From: a phage
Length of the DNA: 64,000 nt
Strand: one strand, 5' to 3'
Assembly (NCBI GenBank): GCA_017676145.1
Contig: GCA_017676145.1_3628.1
The notes under the pieces: generated by a model
What the model was told of the DNA's origin: nothing
What the model saw: only the letters and a program-made list of their open reading frames with translations
The model's database searches: none
Made by a program: the position numbers and the translations under genes
In this document: piece by piece, positions 62,612 to 64,000 of the stretch
How the letters are laid out: each line of letters opens with the position of its first letter
Numbering within the stretch: the stretch's first letter is position 1

Positions 62612-62874
62612 TGACCACAAAAATCACTATCGCAGAACCGAAAGCTAACACTCAACCTATCGAAAAGTTTAAATGCGGGGAGGTGGTAACATTTACACCA
62701 GATAATGAAGATGCTAAGATTTTCGCCATGGTCACAGCTGAGTGGATGTGTGACAATACCACACAGGTTCTGCGTTTTGACACCTATCTTACAGATGAAA
62801 TCAGGAACGATAAGATCGTGACTGGTGTGGATACTGAGATTATTTTCTACAAGAGCTTTTTAGAGGGTTTCTGA
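62611..62874 (+). CDS. small protein (87 aa), paralog array member 3
   Basis: MTTKITIAEPK...CGEVV; start overlaps upstream stop. Confidence 0.55.
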   Translation: MTTKITIAEPKANTQPIEKFKCGEVVTFTPDNEDAKIFAMVTAEWMCDNTTQVLRFDTYLTDEIRNDKIVTGVDTEIIFYKSFLEGF

Positions 62875-62875
62875 T

Positions 62876-63109
62876 ATGGCAAAAATTCGTAAATTATCCA
62901 GCAATCAAGTTGTGAAAGACTTTGAATCTGGAGAGATTCTGTATGTTCGTGATGCAGATGACGAAGGTGAAGATCTTGTTATGCTAGTAGGACACGCTGA
63001 AGACGGATGCATACAGGCTGTTTTTCTTGAAACAGCTATGGTGCACTGGATAGAGCTGGACCTGAAAGCACGAAAACCTAAAGCAGAGATCCTGATTTAC
63101 GAAGATTAA
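62876..63109 (+). CDS. small acidic protein (77 aa), paralog array member 4 (divergent)
   Basis: MAKIRKLSSNQVV...GEILYV; immediately follows member 3. Confidence 0.5.
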   Translation: MAKIRKLSSNQVVKDFESGEILYVRDADDEGEDLVMLVGHAEDGCIQAVFLETAMVHWIELDLKARKPKAEILIYED

Positions 63110-63124
63110 CAAAAGGAGAGAGCC

Positions 63125-63574
63125 GTGTTGAGCAAACGTGAATGCGACAGCATCAGCCTGAATTCTTATAAAAAACAATGGTTTGGGGTAGAAGTTTGCC
63201 GACTGCGGCTAGGCTCCTACCTGAACTTCGTTTATTACGAGAGCGACAGTCGTATAGTTTCTTATGAAGTGTTCTACACTAAGAATACATTCGAACTACG
63301 CCGTAAAGTGGACGGAGGGAGAACTACCACCCAGAATAATTGGGAAACTATTCTGCCCCCGGATGTTATAGGTAGTCCCCTGAATGTATCTGAAGATGAA
63401 AATCTTATGGTTCATGCTATGATGGGACTTGACAGCTTAGAGCTGGCGATCTATGATATGTCCATCGAAGCAGTTAAGCTGGACTACATCGAAAACACTT
63501 TAGAGGAAGGTATCAAGAAGTTTCTCGGTGAGAAATTGAAAGCCCACTTTCATAAGGAGCTATATCTGTTATGA
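63125..63574 (+). CDS. hypothetical protein (149 aa)
   Basis: Track ORF (GTG start) after aaaaggagag SD. Confidence 0.5.
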   Translation: MLSKRECDSISLNSYKKQWFGVEVCRLRLGSYLNFVYYESDSRIVSYEVFYTKNTFELRRKVDGGRTTTQNNWETILPPDVIGSPLNVSEDENLMVHAMMGLDSLELAIYDMSIEAVKLDYIENTLEEGIKKFLGEKLKAHFHKELYLL

Positions 63575-63816
63575 AGACCCGTAAAGAACGTAACAAGATT
63601 TTACCTGGCGCTCTCGAACACATGATGAAGTGCAGATCTATCTGGCACTCTGCCAAGGAGGGGCAGCATGTGGTCGTGGTTAGTGATAATGCCAACCCAT
63701 TCGGTGATTATGTCACCATGATGACTCCATACATCCGCGACGGTGTTGTGGAAGTGGTTCCTTATAGCGGTCTGCATGAGAGGCATTTTGAGAGCACTTT
63801 GCTAGTGGAGCTATAA
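63571..63816 (+). CDS. hypothetical protein (81 aa)
   Basis: Track ORF; start overlaps upstream stop. Confidence 0.5.
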   Translation: MKTRKERNKILPGALEHMMKCRSIWHSAKEGQHVVVVSDNANPFGDYVTMMTPYIRDGVVEVVPYSGLHERHFESTLLVEL

Positions 63817-63818
63817 TT

Positions 63819-64000
63819 ATGGCGGTCAATGTGTCTTACAACACAGGAAAGCTTGACAGGGACATTGGGTGTCTTGTCCTTTCAGATACAGAGGAGTATT
63901 GGGGTTATGGGTTGCTGTCAGACCCACACCCGAGCAATCTTGTATCAACAGTGCTATATCGCTACGACCCTGTGCCAACGGTACACGACAAAGATATTCA
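63819..64000 (+). CDS. hypothetical protein, 3' end outside window
   Basis: ATG 3 nt after upstream stop; frame open to window end (MAVNVSYNTGKLDRDIG...). Confidence 0.4.
   Translation, partial: MAVNVSYNTGKLDRDIGCLVLSDTEEYWGYGLLSDPHPSNLVSTVLYRYDPVPTVHDKDI

Noticed and set aside
1-64000. Prophage boundaries, integrase, transposase or IS elements
   Set aside because: No integrase/recombinase/transposase motifs or att-like flanking repeats seen; gene content is that of a lytic phage throughout.

Overview
The window reads as part of a large lytic dsDNA phage genome with three transcriptional blocks. Block 1 (1-19.9 kb, + strand) is a densely packed early-like region: an anaerobic ribonucleotide reductase cluster (partial nrdB-like gene, glutaredoxin, nrdD split by a group I intron carrying an HNH homing endonuclease, nrdG), PhoH, a ClpP-family peptidase, an N6-adenine methyltransferase, a ribosome hibernation factor (HPF/RaiA) homolog and many small ORFs, including an expanded paralogous family. 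Then comes a 2.5 kb protein-free hub (19.9-22.5 kb) full of iterons, direct and inverted repeats. Block 2 (22.5-59.4 kb, - strand) has many small genes each with its own sigma70-like promoter and 5' UTR hairpin, a macro-domain protein, free-standing HNH-type endonucleases, a T7-like replication module (family A DNA polymerase apparently split by an ORF-less group I intron, primase-helicase, SF1B helicase), rIIA/rIIB-like genes, a SleB-like hydrolase and a MoxR AAA+ ATPase. Block 3 (59.6-64 kb, + strand) has a vWA/HExxH protein and a tandem array of four paralogous small genes. No rRNA, tRNA, CRISPR array or integrase was found. Coordinates of features not on the ORF track (promoters, hairpins, repeats, micro-ORFs) are approximate to within about 2 nt. 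All functional calls rest on motif recognition by eye, not on database searches.
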